DNA of 64,000 bases from Takakia lepidozioides (lineage: Eukaryota > Plantae > Bryophyta). The position numbers and the translations under genes are program-made. Where the stretch lies: positions 32,612,001 to 32,676,000 of the forward strand of contig CM060734.1 of NCBI GenBank assembly GCA_030704615.1, in the 5' to 3' direction. Of the stretch, positions 38,690 to 50,085 are shown piece after piece. A model generated the notes under the pieces. The model was not told the DNA's origin and made no database searches. It was given only the letters and a program-made list of their open reading frames with translations. The first letter of the stretch is position 1; each line of letters begins with the position of its first letter.

Positions 38690-40160
38690 AGGAGGACGAG
38701 TAAAGAGGGCCCACCTGCAACCAGGCCCCTTGGTCCATGGTAATCATTGATCATCATTCTTCTTTTTTTTTTTCTTTTTTTTTTCCTGTTTTCTTTGATG
38801 ATATACTAAGGGGCTGATAGCCCCTTGCTCCACTATGGTAGATTTTACATTGGAGGGAGCACAAGCAAAGAGGGGCCCGCCAACCAGCCCACATTACCCA
38901 CTGGTAAGTATCTTCCATTTCTTTAAAAAAAATTAATTCTTGATACAATTGGGGGTTGATAAGATAGCCCCTTTGGCTTCTGTTATAGCAGATTCTGCAT
39001 GAGAGGGAGGGAGCCCAAAGTAGGGAGGGACCTGCCAACCAGCCACCATTACCCGCTTGTAACTCCCTTTCATTGAGCTTTATGTTTTTAGTTGTTTAAA
39101 TTTTTATTAAAAGAGGGGCTGATTAGCCCATTGCTCTTGTGCTACGGCTGATCGTGCATGGGAGGGAAATGAGGGCAAGTAGGAAGGCTAGCCAACCAGC
39201 CCCTCTTGCACCGCACATGTAAGCATCCCCCTTCATTTTTTCCCCCCGTAAAATTGGTATAGCAAGGGCTGATTAGCCGTTGCTAATGCAGATCACACAC
39301 AAGAAGGACGTCCAGTGCAAGTAAAAAAGCACGTCAACCAGCCCCTCTCATCTTGTAGTAAGCCCCCACCCTTTATCTTAGTTTTTTAATGTTATTCTTT
39401 CCAATTTGTGGTACAACAAAAGGCTGATTCGCCCTTCCTCATAGTGATATGTTGCACTCGGGAAGGGAGCAGAAATAGGAGGTCTCTTGACCCGCCAACC
39501 AGCCCCCATTACCTGTGTGTACTTCCCCTTCATTATTCTTTATTTTCTTAATTATTTTAAGTTTGTGATATAAGAGGAGCTGATTAGCCCCTTGCTCTTT
39601 TGCTATTGTAGATCGTGCATGGGAGGGAAAGAGGGCAAGTAGGGAGGCCTGCCAACCAACCCCCGTTCCACCACACATGTAAGCATGCCCCTAATTCAAT
39701 GTTGCATATATTTTTTTTCCCAGAAAATTGGCATAGCAAGGGGCTGATCAGCCCCCTACTCTGTTGCTATGTAGATCACACACAAGAAGGAGGAGTGCGA
39801 CGCTAACCAGCCCCCTCATCCTATGGTAAGCCCCCACCCTTTAATAGCTTAGTTTTTTATTTTATTTTTTCCAATGTGTGGTACAACAGAGGGATGATTT
39901 GCTCCTCCTCTCATAATGAAAGTTTGAACTCGGAAAGGGGAGCACAAATATCAAGAAGGCTTGATAGCCAGCCCCTACCTCTTGTGGACAATCACCCCAC
40001 TTTAAAGCTTCATAATTTTTAGTTATAACTCTTCATGTTGTGGTACAACAAGGACTGATTTATTTATATGTGGTGGGGGCATTGCAGATCATCTCCCAAG
40101 GCATGAAGTAGCCAAGCCGACCACTGAAGCATAAGACTGGTCCACCCCCAACTTGCTAGG
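38690..40160. repeat. Degenerate ~150-bp tandem repeat (about 10 units) with ~470-bp higher-order period
   Basis: Recurrent aggggctgattagcccct and gccaaccagcccc cores separated by T-rich linkers. Confidence 0.8.
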
Positions 40161-40428
40161 TAATTTTTGTAATTTGAAAATGTAAATGTACATGTACTAG
40201 ATAAAAAAAATAACGTAGATCTAAATGTAGGCCATGTATGTAACATTCAGCTCAATTGGACATAATAAATTGAGCAGTGCGGTGTCTCTCCCCACACTTT
40301 CGTTTTGGCCAGCCATATACCATCCCAAACTTTTGTAAATATATGAGTTTTGCACAATTATTAAATGTCTTTTGGATTCTTTGTTTGCATTGTTTTTACA
40401 CAGGAGTTGTTCCACAAGCTTTTTATGT

Positions 40429-42776
40429 CATGGAGCCCAATATTTTCGATGAACTAGAAAGGGAAGTTGTTCCTGACAGCAATGTTGATAATGAGAGAGC
40501 TTTGGTGGAGTGCCATGTTGCGGAGGATGCTCATCATGAAGCCTCATTTACATCAGCTCATCAAGCCTCGGCTGCAATGTCATCTTCCACAGTTTCGCCA
40601 TCACACACGGTGTTGGATGTGGAGGCGCAGCTCCTAGTACTTGAAAAACAACGGGATTTTTGGAAGCCCCACAATCGCACTGCTTCGACATGGGCATTCT
40701 ATGCAACAAAATACTCTGCTCCAGTGGACATAACAAATCCACAACAAATGAGGTGTGTTCTATGTCATCCTGTTGGTGTCACTCCTGCAAGCAAGAAGGG
40801 CATTGTGACCTATAATAAAACCAATGGTATCTCTGCCCTTCGAAAGCATGTGGATCAAGAACATGACATTGTTTTGCGTAGGTGGATTGAGAGGGAAAAT
40901 GAAGGACCTGAGAAGGCCCGTAGGCAAGCAAAAAAGAGGCCCGGCCCCACTCCTGGAAACATAGCTTCTTTTTTTGGGAGCTCCACTCCATACAACCAAA
41001 ATGATGATCAACAGAAGCAGTTCAATGAGGATTTAGTCTTATTCATTGCAAATGAGTTGGTTCCACTGTCTTTGGTAGAATCCCCTTGGCTAAGAAGGAT
41101 GGTGTTGAGGCAAAATCCTCGGATTGTTTTCCCTTCTCGACGGACATTGTGAATGAGGCCATTCCAATCTTGGCAGAGAAGACGAAAGAGCGCTACATGT
41201 CCCCATCTCTTCAGAGTTGTGCTACTTGCTCCGTGAGTTTTGATTTGTGGATGTCAAGAGGGGGAACTGACACTTTTGTCATCATAGCGCACTTTATTAA
41301 TGAACAGTGGGAGCAATGTCATGTAACTCTTGGCATGTTTGAGACACCTGACACATCTGGGGCTGCCATGGCACATCAAGTCAACAATCTTCTTGTGAAG
41401 TATGGCCTCAATACTCGCATTATTGCTTACGTCAAAGATGAGGGAGGTAACTTGGCCACTTTGACCAATGCTTTGAATTCGGTGGTCTCATGTGCGTGTT
41501 TGGGGTTGGATTCTCCATTTGTGGGTAGCTGTTTTGGGCATGCAATGTCCAAGTGTTGCTAGTATGCAACAAATGATGCAAAAGTATGCGCAGATATGAG
41601 ATCGGTTTCTATAAAAAATGCCCAATCAGAGTTGCAAAAAACCATTACTTGGACCAAAAAAAGTGGCAAAGGGAGACAAGAATGGGCAAAGGCATGTGTG
41701 GACAGCGGCATTCATCCCCGCAAACTGAAGACTCCGGTGAAGACACGGTTTGCTTCCAAGGTGATCCTCTTCCAAGAGACTTTGGAGTTTAGGCAAGCCA
41801 TAATCACTTGTTACTCTAGGCAAACCTCATTGGCACTGCAGTCTCGCATACCAAGTCCACAAGTGTGGGCCATTGCCCAATCAATTTCTACAGTTCTAGG
41901 GCCTGTGGTTCATGAGTGCATTATGAATCAATCTGGGGGATTTTGGTTGTTGTCCGATGCTCTTAATGCAGCCATTGCCACAACAATTCGCATGCGAGGA
42001 AGTAGTGCTGGGGGGGGCTGCAACTGTGGATCATTGCATGGGGAATTTCTCAACAGAGTTGACATTGTTGGAATGGCGGATGGCTCGAGAGGTGGTATAT
42101 GTCTTGGAACCATTTTTTTTTTTTTTGGAAGGGTTTCAATCGCGCAAAGCTCACAATATGCTCGCGCTTATGCTTGACCCACGTTACAAGGGGTTGTCAT
42201 TGGTATCACAATATGTGGGCAAAGAGCGTGCTTTGCATATTGTATCCCAATATGATAGTATGGTGTTAGAGCCTCTTTGGTAAAGTGTTTCAAGGTCTTA
42301 CATCCGGATACTCCGGCCCAATCACAGCCCACTTCTACAATGGACGAGATGTCCTTATTTGGTGTGCATGACCACAATGAAGACATGACATTGACAGTGG
42401 TGAGAGAACAACTATCACATTTCAGAAGGACGAAGATAAATGAGGGTGAGTGCGTGGCTCCTTTGAAATGGTGGAAAGAACATGAGTCTCTCTTTCCATA
42501 TGTGGGATTTTTGGCACGGCTAATTTGGGCATAGTTGGATCTCAGATTGAAGCTGAGAGGGTTTTTAGTATTGCAGGTGTCATAACAAACTTGAGACGGT
42601 GCAGGTTAAATATTGAAAACCTTGATATGCTTGTGAGTGTAGTCAAGAATTGGCCAAATGATGCTAGAGTTGGTTGCTTTAGTACTTCCATGAAAGAGTT
42701 TTTGGATAGGGAAGAAGTCCTCTTAGATGAGAATGAGGACTTGATTGCAGAGGCAAACCTCTTTGAGGTAGACTGA
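40429..42776 (+). pseudogene. hAT transposase (BED finger, DDE core, dimerization domain), disrupted
   Basis: STWAFY..MRCVLCH..ISALRKHVDQEH, SFDLWMS, KDEGGN, CFGHAM, PVKTRF, LDPRYK, PLKWWK..SQIEAERVFSIAG; in-frame TAG at 41560-41562 and several frameshifts. Confidence 0.92.
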
Positions 42777-43905
42777 TTTGTCTTAGAGACAAATTATTGT
42801 TCAACATATTACACTATACTCCTTTGATTGGAGTTTGTTTATTTGTCATTTTTATTGAAAATTTCAGTGACATCCCGTGTACTTAGTTTGTTGTATGCTA
42901 TATTGACAAAGCATCATCCAAAAAACACAAATTTATGTAGTTTTTTTTAGTTGTGCTTTTGCTGCACCATAAAAGAATTACACGTTTAATTTGTTTTGTA
43001 TTTTGAATTAAGATCCTTATGTAGTTAGTTTGTTTTAGTTGTTCTTTGCTACACCGTACGACAACTTATAAAATCTCTGGTTTTCCGTTTTTAATGGAGA
43101 CCATGCGTATATAACTAGTTATATATACCATAAAAGACAATCACAAAAAACATATAAGTTTATTTACTTCTGTTTTACTAATAAATTCCCTGGTTTTAGT
43201 TGAAAATTCTCAGTATGACCAATCAGATCAGTTCATCTAATTTTCCAGAAGAATAAAAAATTAAAAGAATTTAATATATTTTTAAAAAAGAACCGGAACC
43301 TAACCGGGAACCGGTGTTTTTTTTCCAGCAACTAACCGGTAACCGGAACCGCCCCCATGTTAAAAAGTCGGAACCTGAACCGGACCGGAACCGCCTTAAT
43401 AAAAAATAACCGGATCCGGATCCGGAACCGTCTCTTCAAAAATTTGTGGAACCGGAACCGAAGGTTCCTTCACAAAGGCAAGAACCGCCCAACACCGGTT
43501 GAGACCCCATCCCTCTCAACCGAACAAGTTGGTGAAGCCTTTTGGCCCCATATGTTCTTACTGAAGATGAGAAGGTGTTGTTTTTGGAAACGTTGGCTGC
43601 AATAAAGGCCCCCACATGTTATGCTGCCACATTCCAGAAATATGTGGCTGACAATAAACTGTCTACGATGAAAACCCATGACTACCATGTAATGATGCAG
43701 CAGATTTTACCTCTTTGCAATCGAGGGGTATTGGGAAAGGGTCCATGGATGGCAATTATGAGGTTTTCTCGAGTCTTCCGAAAAGTGTGTGCGAAGACCA
43801 TTAATCCAGCTGAGCTACCGGCCTTAAAAGAAGATGTTGCAATCACTATGTGTCTACTGGAGAAAGAATTCCCTCCGTCATTTTTTGATGTCATGACTCA
43901 CTTGT

Positions 43906-45236
43906 ACAATAGCACAACTGGCCTAGTACCTCCCATGTGGAGCTTGCCTTCGCCTTCTACCATTTCGCCTCTGCCTTGTAGGTGCATTCAAGTTGGCAAT
44001 GGCCAATTCATCTGCCTCACTCAAAGGAACACAAATAGCAGGCTCAGTCATGATGTTATGAGGAATTTCAGGAGGCACCATGCCTACATAAGTGTCTCCC
44101 TCACCCAGTGCCACTTATCGTGAACCACTCGTCGGGATCGAGGGTCCTTGTGAAGGACCACCTTCCAGTTCCCTCATGAACTTTTTTCATCCGAGAAAAA
44201 AACTTGCTCCACCTGACTAGGGAATGTCCAAGGCTGCTCCATCCGAGGTAACATACGACTGAAGTCAACCAAGAGAAAGCCATAATCATCTCGTTTCATG
44301 GTGGCATTCCGACCCACCATGTGTGACCTCACCCATCTACACAAGAACAGAATTGGGCGAAGAATTCCGTAATCCAGTTGAATTATTTCTCTTACAACAC
44401 CCACATATTCCAATTGGGATAACACTCGTCTGGACACACCTGCACTGTTTTCGCTTTCCTAATGGAATACTTGAGCAACCCCAGAATCAAATGTCACCGT
44501 GTCTGTGGCGCCAGTCCCATCACGTATTGCTCGAAAGTGATTGCCGTAAGCATACATGGACTTGAAGCCCAAGGACTGTACTGCTGGTGGTATACATAAA
44601 TGGCATATGTCCAAATCATAGGACTCGCCTGAACTCACCTTGCATTGGACAACACCTTCAATCCATTCATGGAATGGAGCCAGTAAGCGCATATCTGTTG
44701 GGTATGGAATTTCTCCATTGTGGTGGTCCTGGTCTTGTCCACAAAGGAATGCTATTCTGAACTCAGTGCGGGATGCTTCTATGAGTGCCATCTCCTCTTC
44801 ATAGGCCCTGTCCAAATGAGAATTGCAAATTAGGATTACAGCTTATACCATTGGCAGAAATGAAACACAAAGGATATGATAAGAAACATACTCAAGGAAT
44901 GGTTTCATGCAATCTGTGTTGTGCAAAATATAATCGTGTGCACTGTCTCGTTCTTGAATGGTGAGGACTCGTACACTTCCCAATCCTTGAACCACCTCCC
45001 CACTAACTGAGTCTTCTTCATTAGAGTCCTACACCCTTCGGCTTGTAGCATGAAATTCAGCCATATACTCAGTTATAAACCCTAGGGCCTCATCCAAAGC
45101 ATACCCTTCCGCCATGCTCCCTTCAGGTCAGCTCATATTCCTTACATAGCCTTTTAATGTCTTCATATACCGTTCCATAGGATACATCCAACGGCTAGAC
45201 ACAGGACCACACACCTCCAATTCGTCCACAAGGTGA
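43906..45236 (-). pseudogene. Inverted C-terminal part of the CACTA transposase (DUF4218/DUF4216)
   Basis: Minus strand from 45236 reads HLVDELEVCGPVSSRWMYPMERYMKTLKGYVRN..PEGSMAEGY, then YVGVVREIIQLDY..LFLCRWV..DDYGFLLVDF..PSQVEQVFF. Confidence 0.9.
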
Positions 45237-46420
45237 GAGTAGCAGATGCAATTGAGCATAGGAACTAGTGTGAGAAGTTGAGTTGGGTGTTTCCTAGAAC
45301 AAATGTAGGCTATTATTGTCAGCTGCTACCAGCAAGGCAAAGATGTATGCATGATTTGTGCAGAGGCATGGATAGCTGAAGGAGTAGGGATAGAGTGTGG
45401 GTCCAGATTCATCCAAGACGGCCACATTTCAAGCACAACATTGCCTGTGAAAAGGGAAGATCAGGTCCATGGTTTCATTGTCAAAGCTGGAATTGTACCT
45501 GATGTGATTCTGAAAAATGCCCTCGTGGACATGTATGCCAAATGTGGGAGCATCAAGGGCAAGTCTGGCAGCTCTGGGAAAGGGAAGATCAGGTCCATGG
45601 TTTCATTGTCAAAGTTGGAATTGTACCTAATGTGATTCTGGACAATGCCCTCGTGGACATGTATGCCAAATGTGGGAGCAACAAGGGCAAGCCTGGCAGC
45701 TCTGGAAAAGGGAAGATCAGGTCCATGGTTACATTGTCAAAGCTGGAATTGTACCTGATGTGATTCTGAACAATGCCCTCGTGGACATGTATGCCAAATG
45801 TGGGAGCATCAAGGGCAAGCCTGGCAGATCTGGAAAATGGGAAGAGGTCCATGGTTTCATTGTCAAAGCTGGAATTGTACCTGATGTGATTCTGAACAAT
45901 GCCCTCGTGGACATGTATGCCAAATGTGGGAGCATCATGGGAAGAGGTCCATGGCTTCATTGTCAAAGCTGGAATTGTACCTGATGTGATTCTGAACAAT
46001 GCCCTCGTGGGCATGTATGCCAAATGTGGGAGCATCATGGGAAGAGGTCCATGGCTTCATTGTCAAAGCTGGAATTGTACCTGATGTGATTCTGAACAAT
46101 GCCCTCGTGGACATGTATGCCAAATGTGGGAGCATCAAGGGCAAGCCTGGCAGCTCTGGAAAATGGGAAGAGGTCCATGGTTTCATTGTCAAAGCTGGAA
46201 TTGTACCTGATGTGATTCTGAACAATGCCCTCGTGGACATGTATGCCAAATGTGGGAGCATCAAGGGCAAGCCTGGCAGCTCTGGAAAATGAGAAGAGGT
46301 CCATGGCTTCATTGTCAAAGCTGGAATTGTACCTGATGTGATTCTGAACAATGCCCTCGTGGACATGTATGCCAAATGTGGGAGCATCAAGGATGCGAAG
46401 GCAGTTTTCCAACACTATGG
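45235..46420 (+). repeat. Captured PDF-PPR intron/exon fragment followed by an 8-copy tandem array of a PPR L/S-motif fragment
   Basis: 45235-45450 matches the reverse complement of ~56440-56230; gccaaatgtgggagca recurs at 45537, 45665, 45793, 45919, 46019, 46119, 46245 and 46371. Confidence 0.9.
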
Positions 46421-47715
46421 CTCTTGGAGTGATTTTGACATGTACCAGCGAAGGGGAGAAAGTGAGGCCCTTAGCAGACGAGTTGAAAAGCACTAGTTAA
46501 AAAGCACTGGCGCTTGATAGGGTGGGGCAAAATTCAGACTAGGGTGATCATTGATATCCCGGACGCAGTGTAAAAAAGACGGTTGTGAGTGAAGTACACC
46601 CGTAAAAAAAAAACCCTGCTGTCTCAAAAAGGGAGCCAGTCACAAAGAGCAAGGCACTTTGTCCAAGCTTCTCGACATCTAGCAACAATGTGGACAGGGA
46701 TGGAGTCAAAGGGAACAATTTTTGTAAGGTGGCGAAGAAAACCTTGTCTGAGGATCACTGGATATTTCTCTAGTACAGTTGGACTAGTAGAGATTGAAAT
46801 CCGTGCTCAGCTCAGCTTTAGACTGTCTCATTGTGAGGGGTCATGGTTGACTGGACAGAGATTGACATTGCCGGGCTCACAAATCTCTGAGACGACATGT
46901 GGTAGTTTTATCTATAGCTTCTCAAAGCAATTGTTGTACATTGTTGATTATAGTGTGACATTCTCATAACAATATTGTCGTCAGCTGCATGAGCTGTGCA
47001 TCTTTTTGGATTGCTGGTTCCTGGAGGGATTATATGTGACAGGACAGAGGGCAAGTTATAGCCAATAGTTGCAGGCAGTGTTCAATATTGAAGAGAATTC
47101 TATGCCTTTCGGTTCTGCCGATCTCCTTCTCATTTTACTTGAGGTTGTCTATTTTGAGAGCTTTGCTGTTTGGATGAAAATGCATTTTGGCATCAACTTA
47201 AAGGGATGGCCTGCACTGGTGGGCATTCAGATTCTAAAACGAGCTGGCAAAGAAAAACTACAAGTCCCAGAGCCCTCTACATGCAGACCCCATAACCCTA
47301 ATAACCTTTTTGAACTTTTTAAATTCTCTAAACAAAAGTCTATGTGTTATGTCCTCCAGGGCATGTTGAATAGAGGTGGAAGTCATTTCATCCATCCGTC
47401 TTCCACCTGGATGGTCAATGTGCCAAGTCATATCCACCTTGATGGTCAATGTGCCACGCCATATAGTTGCCCCAAATTCCTGTAGGACATCTCACACTCC
47501 ATGACTCATGTCAAATGCCCCATATGAACTATCTTGGTCAACATCCGTTGACCGTATGGGTGTCATTTGAGTGTGAAATTTGTAACACCATGTGGCTTTT
47601 CCTACAATGGTCCAGATCACACATTGCCTCCTCTCATATGGGTGTAAGAGGAGCCGTTCAAAGTGCCAGGAGTGAACTATGGGTGGTGTTGGAAAAACCG
47701 GTTTCTCTAGTAGTG

Positions 47716-50085
47716 AATTGGTACAAAGTTTCGCCGTGCAAAATTATCCATGGGCGAGGACCTTAAATTTGAGGTGAAGCCTCACGAGTCACCGCCCACA
47801 AACGCGCCTATTATGGAGAAAAAGCCACGCCTATAGGGTAACATGTTCATCAGGTATGTGGGCTACTTATTCTTTATGTGTTAGTTTCGCAGAATTAATG
47901 TTAGTTTCGCCAATTTCGTTTCGATGTGGAAATTTCACGGAAATTCAGGGAATATGCCTTTGTGCTGATGTGAGCATGCTCACGCGCTACCCAACCTCCT
48001 TCCCAACAACCTTGCGACGGAAAACACGATCCTGCGACGCTGCAGAGTCGCAATGGCGACGCCCAACGCTAATTCCGCAACGGGCTTGGGTCGCAAGACC
48101 ACGGGCAGCGACCATGTGGCGGCCTACTTTTGGGTTTTATATTCCAACGCCGGCAACGTTGGGATGTTGCCGGTACGACGCCATTGGATGGAGGGGGGCA
48201 ACGTCGGGCCATCGCCCGATGGAGGCCCCGCCCTGGGCTGTGGCGACGCCGTGCCGTCGCCCAATGAGGCCCCGCTTGGGATTTTGCGACGTCGGGGCGT
48301 TGCAGTATGGGTGCCTGGACATTGGCTCTTAACCGACCCCTGGACGTCGCTATTTAATGACGTGTCAAGAGCGACGTCCATGCGTCAGGGTTGCTATTCC
48401 GTGAACCTGGAGGCATGAGCCTGTGACCCCAGGAGCCCGTGAGCCTAGCATAGGCTCACGCCACGTCAGCATGGAATTCCGAACTTGCAGGGCCTATTTC
48501 CGAGGGAGGCGCCTATTTCCACGGATTGATTAACCCTTTCAGTCATTGCAGATGACATTTGTTACATCCATTCCATCCATCTGTTTCATCCATTTAGACG
48601 TGGTTTAAATACCAAGTCCTTGCATGCTAGGAAATGGATGAATGTCGTTGTGTTTGAATGGAACGTTGTCCGGGATGAAATAGTGGATGTGGATGCATAG
48701 TCCTCTGCGTAGATGAATGTGGCTACGTCGTGTGTGTACGTACGTATGCAATCCCGCCACATGTACGCACCCAATAATGCATATGCAATCATAGAGGGAA
48801 AGAATCTGATACGGGCAGGGAGGTGAACAGACAGGGAGGGAGGGACAATGGCGGACGCTAGAGAGGTGGAGTGAGCAGTGTCTCTAGAGGTTGATTGTTG
48901 GAGAGGATCGGATGGAGTTTGCAAGAAGGCAAAGTCGTGGGGCTTCTGTGCAGCAGACCATCCTTATCAAGAATGAATTTCAAAACAGTTTTTTCGGGGT
49001 TTTTTTTATTTTTATTTTTATTTTGGGGCAAAACAAGGGACAATGGCCCTCATATTTCGTATGCGCCGGCGCATACCAGGCAACGGTGTTTTTCTTTAAA
49101 ACAAATATATATTTTTTAATATTTTTTAATTTTAATGTTTTACAAACCGGGGGGTAGTGGCCCTCATATTTCGTATGCGGCCGCGCATACCAGACAACGG
49201 TTGTTTTTTTGAAAAATTAATTAATTTAATTAATTTAATTTTTTAATTTATTATTATTATTTTTATTATTATTTTTACAAAACAGGGGACAGTGGCCCTC
49301 ATATGTGCCAACACATATCAGACAACAGTGTTTTTTAAATTAAAACAAACAATTATTTTTAAATTTTCATTTATTTTTAAATTTTTGTCTTACAAAACAG
49401 GGCCGGTGGCCCTCATATTTCGTATACGCCGGCGCATACCAGACAACAATGTTTAATTTTTATTTATTTTTTAAGAATATATATATATATACACTAAACA
49501 GGGACCGTGGCCCTCCTATGTGCCAACGCATATCAGACAATAGTGTTTTTTTTTTTTTTTTTTTTTAAATAATTTTTTAATTTGAATTTTAATTTGAATT
49601 TTTAATTCTTGTCTTACATAACAAGGGATAGTGGCCCTCATATTTTGTATGCGCGGGCGCATAGCGGACAACAGTGTCTTTTCATAAACTTAAGATATAT
49701 ATATATATTTGTTTTTATTTTTTGTTTTACATAACAAGGGACAGTGGCGCTCATATTTCGTATGCGCGGGCGCATACCAAACAACAATGTTTTCTTTATT
49801 TAATTTAATTTATTTTTATTTTTACAGAACAAGGACAGTGACCCTCATATTGTCATTTTTTGGCTTCCTTGGATATAGGGTCATTATGCAGTAATCCGCG
49901 AAAATACGTCCCCTTTCTTAATGTTTTGACGACCCATCCATGCTCATAATCATATATAATTTGTATTATGGGCTCATGATTTCCAGCTCACCGCTCACGG
50001 TTTAGCGTCCCTACCCGTGCATCAGTTTTTGGGTTATTTTTTAAACCCCCATCGGCGACGTTGCAAACCCCATTTTCCTATAGTG
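47716..50085. mobile_element. Probable right arm of another CACTA-type element; related sequence at ~19440-20950
   Basis: Ends in ...cccattttcctaTAGTG (50085); gcgacg/cgtcgc and gtgagc repeats; tgctcacgcgctacccaacctcc occurs at ~20296 and ~47977. Left terminus not found. Confidence 0.45.
49025..49855. repeat. Tandem array of about 8 conserved ~60-bp units separated by AT-rich linkers
   Basis: Unit aaacaggggacagtggccctcatatttcgtatgcgccggcgcataccagacaac near 49030, 49142, 49277, 49392, 49496, 49617, 49729, 49824. Confidence 0.85.

Larger units (their letters stand above)
35923..43497 (+). mobile_element. hAT transposon (7575 bp)
   Basis: TIRs CAGTGTTGGGCGGTT / AACCGCCCAACACCG (1 mismatch), 8-bp TSD GTTGAGAC (35915-35922, 43498-43505), GAACCG/CGGTTC subterminal arrays at 35960-36150 and 43290-43465. 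Confidence 0.95.
33955..43905 (+). pseudogene. CACTA TnpD/Tnp2 transposase, N-terminal part, split by the hAT insertion (33955-35922 and 43506-43905)
   Basis: ILCPCDAC..HLL, LPKSHYEAK..IHACPKGCVLF, WPEFAADPRNLRLGL.DGVNP, YNLPPW, DVYLQPLVDEL, GYKACPAC, DVMHCEK, KTHDYHVMMQQILP, LEKEFPPSFFDVMTHL; has a stop and an internal deletion. Confidence 0.92.
21077..47715. mobile_element. Large degenerate CACTA (En/Spm) element with nested insertions
   Basis: 23-bp perfect inverted termini CACTACTAGAGAAACCGGTTTTT (21077-21099 / 47693-47715), shared subterminal motif aacggctc(t/c)tct(c/t)acac, internal TnpD and TnpA-like relics. Flanks ttg / aat do not form a TSD. Confidence 0.75.

Noticed and set aside
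49025-49855. CRISPR array
   Set aside because: Eukaryotic context, no cas genes, degenerate repeats and low-complexity related spacers.
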